Assembly: GCA_046598045.1 (NCBI GenBank) | Contig: JBKJJJ010000174.1 | Location: 1 to 64,000, forward strand | Origin: Candidatus Eiseniibacteriota bacterium | Lineage (GTDB): Bacteria; Eisenbacteria; RBG-16-71-46; DASYSL01 | DNA: 64,000 bases | Reading direction: 5' to 3' | Shown: in pieces, positions 52,046 through 60,533 of the stretch | How the letters are laid out: every line of letters begins with the position of its first letter | How positions within the stretch are numbered: position 1 is the stretch's first letter | Made by a program: the position numbers and the translations under genes | The notes under the pieces: model-generated | Told to the model about the DNA's origin: nothing | The model's database searches: none | What the model saw: the letters and a program-made list of their open reading frames with translations, nothing else

Positions 52046-52861
52046 ATGAACCCGAACTGGATTGAGATCGCTCCGATCGTCCACTCCCGGACCGAATTCG
52101 TCTTTCGAGACGTGCGTGGCAGGGAGGAATTGCTGCAGGTGCTTGCGCTGAGGTACCGCCTCTACTCGACGACTCCGGGCATGTGCCGGCTCGACTCGGT
52201 CGACCACGCGACCCGGCTCGACTTCGATACCTATGACCTGAACTCACGGCACTTCGGATTGTTTGCCCGCAACGGATCGGACGACCGCCTGGTCGGCACG
52301 CTTCGCGCCACCGGAACCCGGACGGGGCCGATGGCGGGCTTGTTGCGGGAGATCGCCTCCGCCCACCCGACGCTCGAGGCGCGAGTCGCGAAGGGTACGA
52401 CCGAGCTCCTGCCCATGCTGGCGGACCTCGCCCAAGCCCCGGCCGTACGCGAGGCCATCCGGTTGCGCAGCGGGGAGGAGATCGCCGAGCCCGGGCGGCT
52501 GACGGTCGACCCGCGGGTTCGTCTCGCCGCGGGGCGGCGCGGGATCCGGCTGTCGCACTTCCTCGTGCACTGCGCGCTGGCGGTGGGCTGGGATCAGCTC
52601 GGGCTCGATCGGGTCTACGTCTATTGCAACGAGCGACTGGATTCGTTCTACCGCCGCGTCGGGTTCTATCCGCTCCCGGGAGGCGAGTCGACGTTCCAGC
52701 AGAAGCAACAAATCCCGATGGTCGTGTTCCAGGCGACCCCGGCCTCGCTCCCCGTCGACCTGCGCCCTGAGATCGAACTCTGCGCCCGGCAGTTGCGCGA
52801 ACGCGGCGAGGCGATTCGCGAGCTTCTCGAGCCGACGGAGACCCGCTGCGCCGCAGCCTAG
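52046..52861 (+). CDS. N-acyltransferase of the FeeM N-acyl amino acid synthase / LuxI-like GNAT fold
   Basis: LALRYRLY, DFDTYD..SRHF, LVGTLR, IAEPGRLTVDP.VR, FYRRVGF; ATG after GAGGAG. Confidence 0.72.
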   Translation: MNPNWIEIAPIVHSRTEFVFRDVRGREELLQVLALRYRLYSTTPGMCRLDSVDHATRLDFDTYDLNSRHFGLFARNGSDDRLVGTLRATGTRTGPMAGLLREIASAHPTLEARVAKGTTELLPMLADLAQAPAVREAIRLRSGEEIAEPGRLTVDPRVRLAAGRRGIRLSHFLVHCALAVGWDQLGLDRVYVYCNERLDSFYRRVGFYPLPGGESTFQQKQQIPMVVFQATPASLPVDLRPEIELCARQLRERGEAIRELLEPTETRCAAA

Positions 52862-52889
52862 GCGCCACCCTACCTCAGAGGAGCCAGCG

Positions 52890-53525
52890 ATGTGGAACCG
52901 AGTCGTTCGAAACGCGATCGTCGTTGCCGCCATCTTCCTGCTTCCCCTCGCCGCGAGACCGGACCACCTGCGGCATCCCGCGCCCTGGCTTGCCGCCGCG
53001 GTGGCGCTCGTAGTGCTGATGTCGCAGCCGGCCGTCGACCTTTGCGAATCGGCCTCGCGCGACGCATCCGATCGCGGATCGGCGCTCGGCATCTTTGCCG
53101 CGATGATCGGGGCCCAGGTTGCGTCCTCGCTCCAGTTCGCGGCGGGCCCGGCTGCACAGCCCGCTTGGACCCTCGCAGGCGGCGCCCTGCTCGTCGTGAC
53201 CGGGCTCGCGCTCCGGCTTTGGGCGATCCGCACGCTCGGGCGCTTCTTCACGAGCACGGTGCGCGTGGCCGAGTCGCACCGTGTCGTTCAGGGCGGCCCG
53301 TACCAACTGCTCCGTCACCCGTCGTATACCGGCGCGCTCATGACCGCGCTCGGCACCGCGGCGTTGCTCGGCAGCACGGTCGGAGCGGCGCTGGTCGCCG
53401 TGCTATGCGTGCCCGCCTACCTGTATCGAATCGCCACTGAAGAGCGCGCGCTCATGAACGCGCTCGGTGCCGAGTACGCGGAGTATCGCAGCCGGACCTG
53501 GGGCGTCCTCCCCGGGTTGCGGTGA
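52890..53525 (+). CDS. Isoprenylcysteine carboxyl methyltransferase (ICMT) family membrane protein
   Basis: AIRTLGRFFT..V...HRVVQGGPYQLLRHPSYTG, YRIATEERAL, Y.EY..RTW; ATG after GAGGAG. Confidence 0.9.
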   Translation: MWNRVVRNAIVVAAIFLLPLAARPDHLRHPAPWLAAAVALVVLMSQPAVDLCESASRDASDRGSALGIFAAMIGAQVASSLQFAAGPAAQPAWTLAGGALLVVTGLALRLWAIRTLGRFFTSTVRVAESHRVVQGGPYQLLRHPSYTGALMTALGTAALLGSTVGAALVAVLCVPAYLYRIATEERALMNALGAEYAEYRSRTWGVLPGLR

Positions 53526-53532
53526 GTTAGCC

Positions 53533-53558
53533 GGTCACAGATCCGATCGGGCACGACT
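53533..53558 (+). promoter_or_regulatory. Putative ECF promoter copy 3 (lipoprotein operon)
   Basis: GGTCACA-N14-CGACT in the short ICMT-lipoprotein intergenic region. Confidence 0.65.
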
Positions 53559-53619
53559 TCCCAGCATACCGGCGGATCGAGCCCCGGATCGCGAACGAGT
53601 TCAACAGTGGAGGTGGTCG

Positions 53620-54456
53620 ATGCAGGGAGTCCTGAAGTCCAGATGGGTGGTTGCGGTGCGCGTCGCACTCCTGTCGACGGCGCTCATTCTCGGGGGTTGC
53701 GGAAAAGACAAGATCTCCGATCCCCAGACGGTGGTGACTCCGGGTGGCGGGACGGATCCGGTTCCTCACGCGGTGATCGGCGCGAATCGATACACGGGTG
53801 ACGCCCCGTTCGTCGTGAGCTTCAGCAATCAGTCGACCAACGGCACCAGGTGCGAGTGGTCGTTCGGCGATGGCGCGAGTTCCACGGAGTGGAGCCCGAG
53901 CCATACCTACACCAGCCTGGGGCGCTATACGGCGAACCTTACCGTGTACAACTCGAAAGGCGCGACTTCGACCGACCAGCGTGTCGTCACGGCGTACTTG
54001 CTCGTCCGACCGTTCGGGGTCGGCGGTAGGGTCTTCGGCCCGTACTACCCCAGTCTCACCCAGGGGGACTGCGACTTTGGCGGGCATGGCCCGGACGTCT
54101 GGATGGACGCCAAGCTGTCGGTCGCGTCCAGCAATCCCGCCCGACTCCAACTCAACGCATCGATGCGCGCGGTCGAGACCCAGGCCGACTGGACGACCGG
54201 TGTCGTGAATGTGGCCACCATCATCTACACGGCGCCGTCAGGAACGCGGATCGAAACCCTTCCCGACGTCAGCGAGCTCCACGAGGCGTATCAGGACAAC
54301 GGATGGGGTCTCGCGACGACCGCCGGCAATGCGCTGGGGAGCTTCACGTGGAAGGGCGATACGGATGGAAATGACGTCTGCGGAACGACCTCGGACGACA
54401 CTCAGATGTTCGTGAACATCAAGGGCATTCAGCTGCGCCTGGGTCCGAGCCAATGA
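53620..54456 (+). CDS. PKD-domain lipoprotein
   Basis: Lipobox LGGC; G.APFVVSFSNQS..WSFGDG..PSHTY..G.YT PKD motif; unassigned C-terminal beta domain. Confidence 0.85.
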   Translation: MQGVLKSRWVVAVRVALLSTALILGGCGKDKISDPQTVVTPGGGTDPVPHAVIGANRYTGDAPFVVSFSNQSTNGTRCEWSFGDGASSTEWSPSHTYTSLGRYTANLTVYNSKGATSTDQRVVTAYLLVRPFGVGGRVFGPYYPSLTQGDCDFGGHGPDVWMDAKLSVASSNPARLQLNASMRAVETQADWTTGVVNVATIIYTAPSGTRIETLPDVSELHEAYQDNGWGLATTAGNALGSFTWKGDTDGNDVCGTTSDDTQMFVNIKGIQLRLGPSQ

Positions 54457-54494
54457 GCGCTCCCAGCGGTGTTGCTCACGAGGGGAGGCTCCCG

Positions 54495-57287
54495 ATGACG
54501 CTTTGCTTCCGCGCGCGATTTGCAGCTCGAGCCCTAGCATTGGTGGCGTTCGCCATCGGACTATTCGCCGGGGTCGCGCATGCCGTGGACACCGAACCGG
54601 CAGTACCGCCGATTCCGACTCGCCCGCCGAATTTCGTATCCAAGAACCCCACGATCCAATCGGGGCCGAACCTTCGGTACATAAACGGCCCCGTGATTGC
54701 CAACGTCAAGATCGCGATGGTCCTCTATGGAACGGGTCCTCACGACCCACACGTCGCTGGGACCGTTCCGCCGAGCATGCCTTTCTACTATCAGGACATT
54801 GTCGATGACTGCGCCTTGGACTGGTTGAGCGAATACAGCACTCCGAGCCAGGCAATCGGGCGTGGAACGTTTCTGGGAATGAATCGCGTCACTCCCAGTG
54901 CCGGCCGTAGCGGCTCGAGCCTCACGGACCAGAATTTCCGTGATGAATTGGCGCACCAGATCGACATCCAGGCCATCCCGCGACCGGATGCGAATACTCT
55001 CTACATGGTCCACATGGATCAGGGCCAGACGGTCAGTTTGGGAAAGGATGTTCTGTGCGCGACCATGGGCGGTTACCACTCCAGCTTCAGCCACAACGGG
55101 GCGCCGATTTACTACGCCGTTCTTCCGGACCCGAGCACCTGTGGCTACCAGACGATCCAGGTGCTCATGGGATCGGCGTTTCACGAGATCATCGAGGCCA
55201 TCACGGACCCCGTGGCAGGGAAGGGCTGGTACGACCCCGATTTCGTGTATGTCTCGGGGACTTCCGGCGCGGAAGTCGCTGACATTTGTGATCCCAGCCC
55301 CGTCTTGTTCACGGGTCGCACGAGCAATGACTTCACAATCGAGACCGGATGGTCCAACCAGCGAGGAACTTGCTACACGGGCCTGGACTCGGTCCAGCTG
55401 ATCAGCCCCTCGAACGGGGCGGGGTGTGTGAGCGTGAGCGGCACGCTGCACTGGTCTCCGGTCTCGGGCTCGACCAGCTACAAGGTTTCGATCAGCAACG
55501 CGTCCTACTTTCCGGGCCATATTGTTGAAGCGGGTAAAGGGAGCTCGGGCTCATACAGCTTTGGCCCGCTCCAGCCTCTCACTGCCTACTACTGGCAGGT
55601 GAAAGCCGTGGTTCAGTCGGGCTCTGCGGAGAGCCCGTCTGTGGTCCGATCTTTCGTGACCGGCCCGAATCCGCCTACGATGCCGGTCGTGTCCTATCCC
55701 GCCGACGGAGCGGTCCAACTGCCGGCGAATGGGCAGTTCGCCTGGCAACCCGTACCCGGCGCCACGAACTATCATGTCATCGTGTAGTGCGCCGCGGGCG
55801 ATGTCGTGGCGTCCTCCGTGGTGGCCGCGAGTACTTACTCGTACAGCCTGTCACCAGCGACTTACTCGTGGCAGGTGTACGCCACGGATCAGTGCGGGCA
55901 ATCGAGCGTCCTCTCACCCTCTCGAGCCTTCACCGTCGGAAACGGATCAAGCTGTCCCGCGCCGAACAAGCTGATGCCAAGCGATGGCGCGGCGTGTCAA
56001 CCGACCTCCGGCACTCTGCGGTGGGAGGCGGTCCCAGGGGCCACGGGGTACTTCGTCGACCTGCGATCCGGCACCTGCGATCACTTCAAGCCCAGTTCGA
56101 CGCCGGTCCACGTGACAACGAACGCATACGACTATGCCGGGCTGCATGCCGATGCGTCCTACTCTTGGGCTGTGAAGTCCGACTGTGCATGCGGGGCGTG
56201 TTCCACCTGTGCCAGCTTCAGGACAGCCGCGGATGCGTCCAGCTATCCTCCGCCCAAGTTGGCCTCCCCGGCGAACCTTGCCAAGAACATCCCAAGCAGC
56301 GGTACGTTGAGCTGGCAGGGCGTTCCCAATGCGGTGGGATATCGCGTACAGATCGGAACGGCGTGTGGCACCGGGGCGGAGCAGGACGTCACCGCTCCGA
56401 GCGTACCCTACTCGGGCCTCGCCGAGGGAACAACGCACTATTGGAAAGTGCGCGCCAGATACGACTGCGGCGGGCTCGGATCGTACTCCAGCTGCTACAG
56501 CTTCACGACCGATCGCGTGACGGGTATCAATCGGGTCTACTTCCCGTCCGATCTCGCTTTCGCGCGAGGTCAGACGCACGCCTCGATCCCGGTGCGAGTC
56601 GAGAATCTGGGACTGATCGAGGGCGGGCAGATTACGGTGGAACTCAATCCCGCGGTCTTCACCTATCGAGGATGTTCGCTTGCAGGCACGCGGGGCGACG
56701 GCGGAGCATCCCTGGTCGGTCAACTCGATGCGTCGCACACTCGAGTCCGGTTCACTCTCTCGTACTCGGCGACAGGGAGTTGCCCGCCATCCATTCCGGC
56801 GGGCCTCGGCGATCTGTTTGACATCCTGGTCGACGTCCCGGCCACGGCTCCGCTCGGCTCGACCGCGATCGGGCTCCCTTCGCCGGCCAAGCTTGATGCA
56901 TGCGCCGATCACGGCACGCACTCGGTCAGCGCAGTGCTGCAGCCGGGTTCGGCCCGGATTGCCGAGTCGGTCGCCGTGGGAGATCCCCCGGCTGAGTCGC
57001 CTGAGCCGGGAAGGCTTCAGCTTCTCGCACCATTCCCGAATCCTGCTCGATCCGGCGCGATGATTCGATTCAGCGCTCCCGCGGCAGGCCGGGTAATCGT
57101 CACGCTCTACGACATCGCAGGGCGAGAGGCCGCCAGAATCGCCGATGAGGATTTCACAGCCGGCTGGCATGAGCTTCGCTGGGATGGCCGCGGGCTCAAT
57201 GGGGTTCTCCTGGCGAGCGGGGTCTACGCGCTTCGCGTCAGCGGGGGCGGCCAGACGAGAATTCAGCACATGATCCTGATTCGCTGA
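54495..57287 (+). pseudogene. Large secreted modular protein (HExxE domain, FN3-like repeats, cohesin-like, FlgD-Ig CTD) interrupted by in-frame TAG at 55785-55787
   Basis: Signal peptide; HEIIEAITDP..EVADIC; repeats P.L.SP.NGA..L.W..V.GA..Y..Y.W.V on both sides of the stop in one frame; PFPNP..LYDIAGR..WDGR..ASGVY. Confidence 0.75.
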
Positions 57288-57362
57288 CAAATACTCGCGG
57301 AATCGCGGTATTTCGTAACGCTCCGGGCACCCGCCGCGTTGCGGTCGCCCTGGTAAGGCGTC

Positions 57363-57390
57363 TTGACGGGGCCCCCGCGGGCAATAGTGT
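57363..57390 (+). promoter_or_regulatory. Putative sigma70-type promoter
   Basis: TTGACG-N16-TAGTGT upstream of ATG 57465. Confidence 0.4.
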
Positions 57391-57464
57391 CGTTGTCCCC
57401 CCCGCTTTCCTCAGCACCCCAAACTAGGGGTCTCCAGGTTCCAGAGGAAGGAAGTGTTTCGACC

Positions 57465-58472
57465 ATGCCACTACGAGGCGCCTGCTCGGTCGTTGCCTGC
57501 GCGTTCGGCCTGTTGGCGGTTGGCCCGACGCTCTCGAGCGCGCAGTGTACCGGCGACGTCACCGACGACTTCGATGGCTCTACGCTTGGTCCGTTGTGGG
57601 CGAACGTTTCCCAGTGCGCAAGTAGCGTCACCGAGAGTGATGGGGTCCTCCATCTGTTCAAGCCCGACAACGGCCTCGGGTTCGCGATGGTACGTCTTGC
57701 GCCTGACAGGCTGCTGTGCGACGACTTCGATCTCGCAATCGACTACACGCTGAGCATGCCGCCGGCGCAGGACATGGGAGGCAGCATCCATGGGACGCAG
57801 CTCTATACCGCGACCGGGACACTGGTCGCTGGCGCAGAGCGCTATAGGCAGGGGAGTACCTCATGCGTCTCGCCGCAGTATGACTCCTACAAGTTCTACA
57901 CGACCGTGCCGGGGTGTCCGACGGATGCCATCTACCTTCCCACCTCAGCCGCGGCCGGAAGGTTTCGGCTCATCCGAACCGGCGGGACGATCGAAGCCTT
58001 CTATTGGAATGACACAGACTGGGTCCTGAGGATGAGTCGACCGATTACGACGGCAGCTGTCTATCTTCAGCTCAACAGCGGCACGAACTTTAGCATTTCT
58101 CCGGGGTTGAAGGCCGCCACCGGCGGCACGTTCGACAATTTTCACGTGGGCCTGCCGAACCTGGCTGGTGTCGCGCCCGGGACCGGAGCTTCTGGGCTGG
58201 CCTGTTCCGTGCAGCGAAATCCGATGCCGCGCTCGATTCCGGTGCGGTTCGTCTTCGAAACTCCGCGTGATGGGCGAGTGACTCTGCGGATCTACAACGC
58301 AGGCGGAGCTCTTGTCGGGACGGCCCTGGACGAGGACCTTCCTTCGGGGGGTCACATCGCGAGCTGGAGTTCGACCTCTTCCGATGGCAGTCGGCTGGGC
58401 AGCGGTGTCTATTTTGCTCAGCTCGTCGCGAGCGGGCAGCGGGTTTCCACGCGAGTCGTCCTGCTTCCGTAG
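57465..58472 (+). CDS. Secreted protein with ConA/lectin-like beta-sandwich and FlgD-Ig CTD
   Basis: Signal peptide ending SSA-Q; DDFDG, DFDLAIDY, FRLIRTG, FDNF; RNP..LRIYNAGG..W..GSGVYF. Confidence 0.78.
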   Translation: MPLRGACSVVACAFGLLAVGPTLSSAQCTGDVTDDFDGSTLGPLWANVSQCASSVTESDGVLHLFKPDNGLGFAMVRLAPDRLLCDDFDLAIDYTLSMPPAQDMGGSIHGTQLYTATGTLVAGAERYRQGSTSCVSPQYDSYKFYTTVPGCPTDAIYLPTSAAAGRFRLIRTGGTIEAFYWNDTDWVLRMSRPITTAAVYLQLNSGTNFSISPGLKAATGGTFDNFHVGLPNLAGVAPGTGASGLACSVQRNPMPRSIPVRFVFETPRDGRVTLRIYNAGGALVGTALDEDLPSGGHIASWSSTSSDGSRLGSGVYFAQLVASGQRVSTRVVLLP

Positions 58473-58601
58473 TTGCGCGCGCCCTGCTCGTAGGGGATGG
58501 CAGGCGCCCTCGAGGCTTCCCCGGCCTGTGTTTAGGGGTCCACCGCTCATACTCACGGATGGGCGGTAATCGAGTTTGTTGACGGGCAGAACCGGTTACG
58601 C

Positions 58602-59675
58602 CTAACGCCCGCCGTCCACCCACGCCAGCCCGAACGGCTCGGGCCCCACGCGGATACGATCGCTCACCGTGTTGGACGCGAGGTCGATGACTGAAAGCTC
58701 GTCGTCGCGCGTCGAGGCGACGTACGCGCGCCTGCCGTCCGAGTCCAGCGCGATGCCCAGCGGGTAGGTCCCGACCGGGATGCTCCCGAGCCGCACGCGC
58801 GTTCGCGCGTCGAAGTAGGCCACCGAGCCCTCGCCCGCGTTGACCACGTAGGCGCGGCTCCCGTCGGCCGAGAGTGCGATGCGCACGGGCGCGCGCCCCG
58901 CGTTGAGCACCGCGAGCGAACCGAGCGTGTAGGGATCGAGCACGCTGACCGTGCCGTCGTCGCGGTTCGCGACCCATACTGCCGACCCGTCGGGCGCGAC
59001 CACGACCGCCTCGGGCCCGGAGCGGACGCGGGTCTCCTGCACGTCGCCACCGGTCAGGTTCACGGCGAACAGCGTCGGACCGTTGGCGTCGGTGACGTAC
59101 AGGCGGGTCTCGCTCGGGTCGAGCGCGACCTCGTGCGGGACGCCGTGAGGCAGCACGAACGTACGGTCAATTTGGCGCGACAGCAGGTTGATCTCGAGCA
59201 CCGAGCGGCGCGTCTCCGAGGCGGCGTAGAGGTACACGCCGGAGCGCGCGCAGGCCAGCCCGTGGAACCGTCCATAGGGATAGAAGTCCAGCCGGTCGAT
59301 CTCCTGCCGCGACGACGTCGAGAGCACGGAGATCGTCCCCGCGCCGAACTGGCCGCCGTCGTAGTTCACGACGTAGATCCGGCGCTGGTCGGGCGAGACT
59401 GCGAGTTCGCGCGGATTGAAGCCCACGCGCGCGTAGGCGAAGACGCGGCGCGTGTCGGGGTTCAGGAACGCGACCGCACTGCCCGAGTTCTGCGTGACCA
59501 CGAGCATGCCGCGCAGGGTCGCGCCGGGGTCGCGCTCGCGCAGCGAGTCGGGCCACGAGGCTTCGGCGCCGCCCGGCCCGGGCGCACGCTGGGCGACCGC
59601 GCCGCCGGTGGGCGCGCAGCCCGAGGCAAGCGCGGCAAGAACGAGAAGCGCGAGCAGGGTCCGGGTGTGCGTCAC
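58602..59675 (-). CDS. YVTN/YncE beta-propeller lipoprotein
   Basis: Lipobox ASGC; repeats P..LAVSPD...YVVN, GTVSVLD. Confidence 0.88.
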   Translation of the reverse strand: MTHTRTLLALLVLAALASGCAPTGGAVAQRAPGPGGAEASWPDSLRERDPGATLRGMLVVTQNSGSAVAFLNPDTRRVFAYARVGFNPRELAVSPDQRRIYVVNYDGGQFGAGTISVLSTSSRQEIDRLDFYPYGRFHGLACARSGVYLYAASETRRSVLEINLLSRQIDRTFVLPHGVPHEVALDPSETRLYVTDANGPTLFAVNLTGGDVQETRVRSGPEAVVVAPDGSAVWVANRDDGTVSVLDPYTLGSLAVLNAGRAPVRIALSADGSRAYVVNAGEGSVAYFDARTRVRLGSIPVGTYPLGIALDSDGRRAYVASTRDDELSVIDLASNTVSDRIRVGPEPFGLAWVDGGR

Positions 59676-59804
59676 GAGGGTCTCCGCGGTGGAAGCCGGC
59701 TTGGTCCTTCGGCGAGCGGCGAGTATATACTGCGCGTCCAGCGCTGGATCGGAGGAACGCCACGGTCTTCGCTCGCGTTCCTCGTGCCGGTCACGGGCCC
59801 GCAC

Positions 59805-60344
59805 ATGCCGGCCGTGATCCATGCGCTCATCAACGTGGTCATGCTGGTGCGCACGCTGATGCGCGTGCCGGCGTACGTGCTCGGCCTGTTGGCCGTCACC
59901 CTGTGGGTCAACGGGGCGAAGTCGCCCGGGATCGGGTTCTTCACGCCGGTGGTCATGATGCTGGCGGCCTCGACCCGGACGGCCTCGGACCTGCTCGAGT
60001 ATGTGGGCCGCGCCCGAGCGGCTGCCCAGCGGGCGCACTGGCCCCGGCCAAGCCCCTTGCGGCGTCAGGGGATGCGCTCTAATGTGACCCGGCCCGGGGC
60101 CCCGCCCGCTCAAGGATGGAGCATCCCCGGCCGATACCGTCAGGAGGCCGGCTTGCGCCGCTACGAATTGCAACTCTGGGAGCCGGACAAGGGTGGCTGG
60201 CGCACGGTCCTGACCGCGGCGAGCGCGGAAGTGCTCAAGCGCTCGGCGAGCACGCTCGAGTGGCAGACCCAGAAGCCCGTCCGGGTCCTGGGTCCCGACG
60301 GCGCCGTGCCTCACGGCGAGACCGAACTCGCCCATCGGGGGTAG
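59805..60344 (+). CDS. Hypothetical membrane protein
   Basis: Hydrophobic N-terminal half, typical codon usage, fills gap; start uncertain. Confidence 0.55.
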   Translation: MPAVIHALINVVMLVRTLMRVPAYVLGLLAVTLWVNGAKSPGIGFFTPVVMMLAASTRTASDLLEYVGRARAAAQRAHWPRPSPLRRQGMRSNVTRPGAPPAQGWSIPGRYRQEAGLRRYELQLWEPDKGGWRTVLTAASAEVLKRSASTLEWQTQKPVRVLGPDGAVPHGETELAHRG

Positions 60345-60347
60345 ACC

Positions 60348-60530
60348 GTGCAGGGAATCAGCGAATTCTTCCATGCCATGGGCCGCGAGGCCGCTTCGCT
60401 CTGGGACCTGATCACCGTCTGGCTGATCTCGGTGTTCGATCCGCAGTCGGGGATGATGCCCAAGCTGATCTTCGGCGGGGCGCTGCTGGCGGTCGTCTTC
60501 TATATCTCGCGGCGGGGCACGAAGTCCTAG
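60348..60530 (+). CDS. Small hypothetical membrane protein
   Basis: 60 aa, C-terminal TM followed by RR, 3 nt after previous stop. Confidence 0.55.
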   Translation: MQGISEFFHAMGREAASLWDLITVWLISVFDPQSGMMPKLIFGGALLAVVFYISRRGTKS

Positions 60531-60533
60531 TTT

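Noticed and set aside
52046..52861. Canonical LuxI/LuxR quorum-sensing pair
   Set aside because: No LuxR nearby and the LuxI R..F...W signature is not complete; only the fold-level resemblance is kept
42645..55787. Genome-wide amber (TAG) reassignment
   Set aside because: cspA, pit, gyrB, gyrA, rex, bcp and corA all end at TAG at their expected C-termini; no pyl genes or suppressor tRNA seen in the window
57288..57464. Fourth copy of the ECF motif before the last secreted gene
   Set aside because: No GTCACA..CGAC match; a sigma70-like TTGACG-N16-TAGTGT is present instead, so this gene may be outside the regulon
46420..58601. Prophage, IS or integrative element with att sites
   Set aside because: No integrase, transposase, phage gene, tRNA or matching terminal repeat could be seen at either edge
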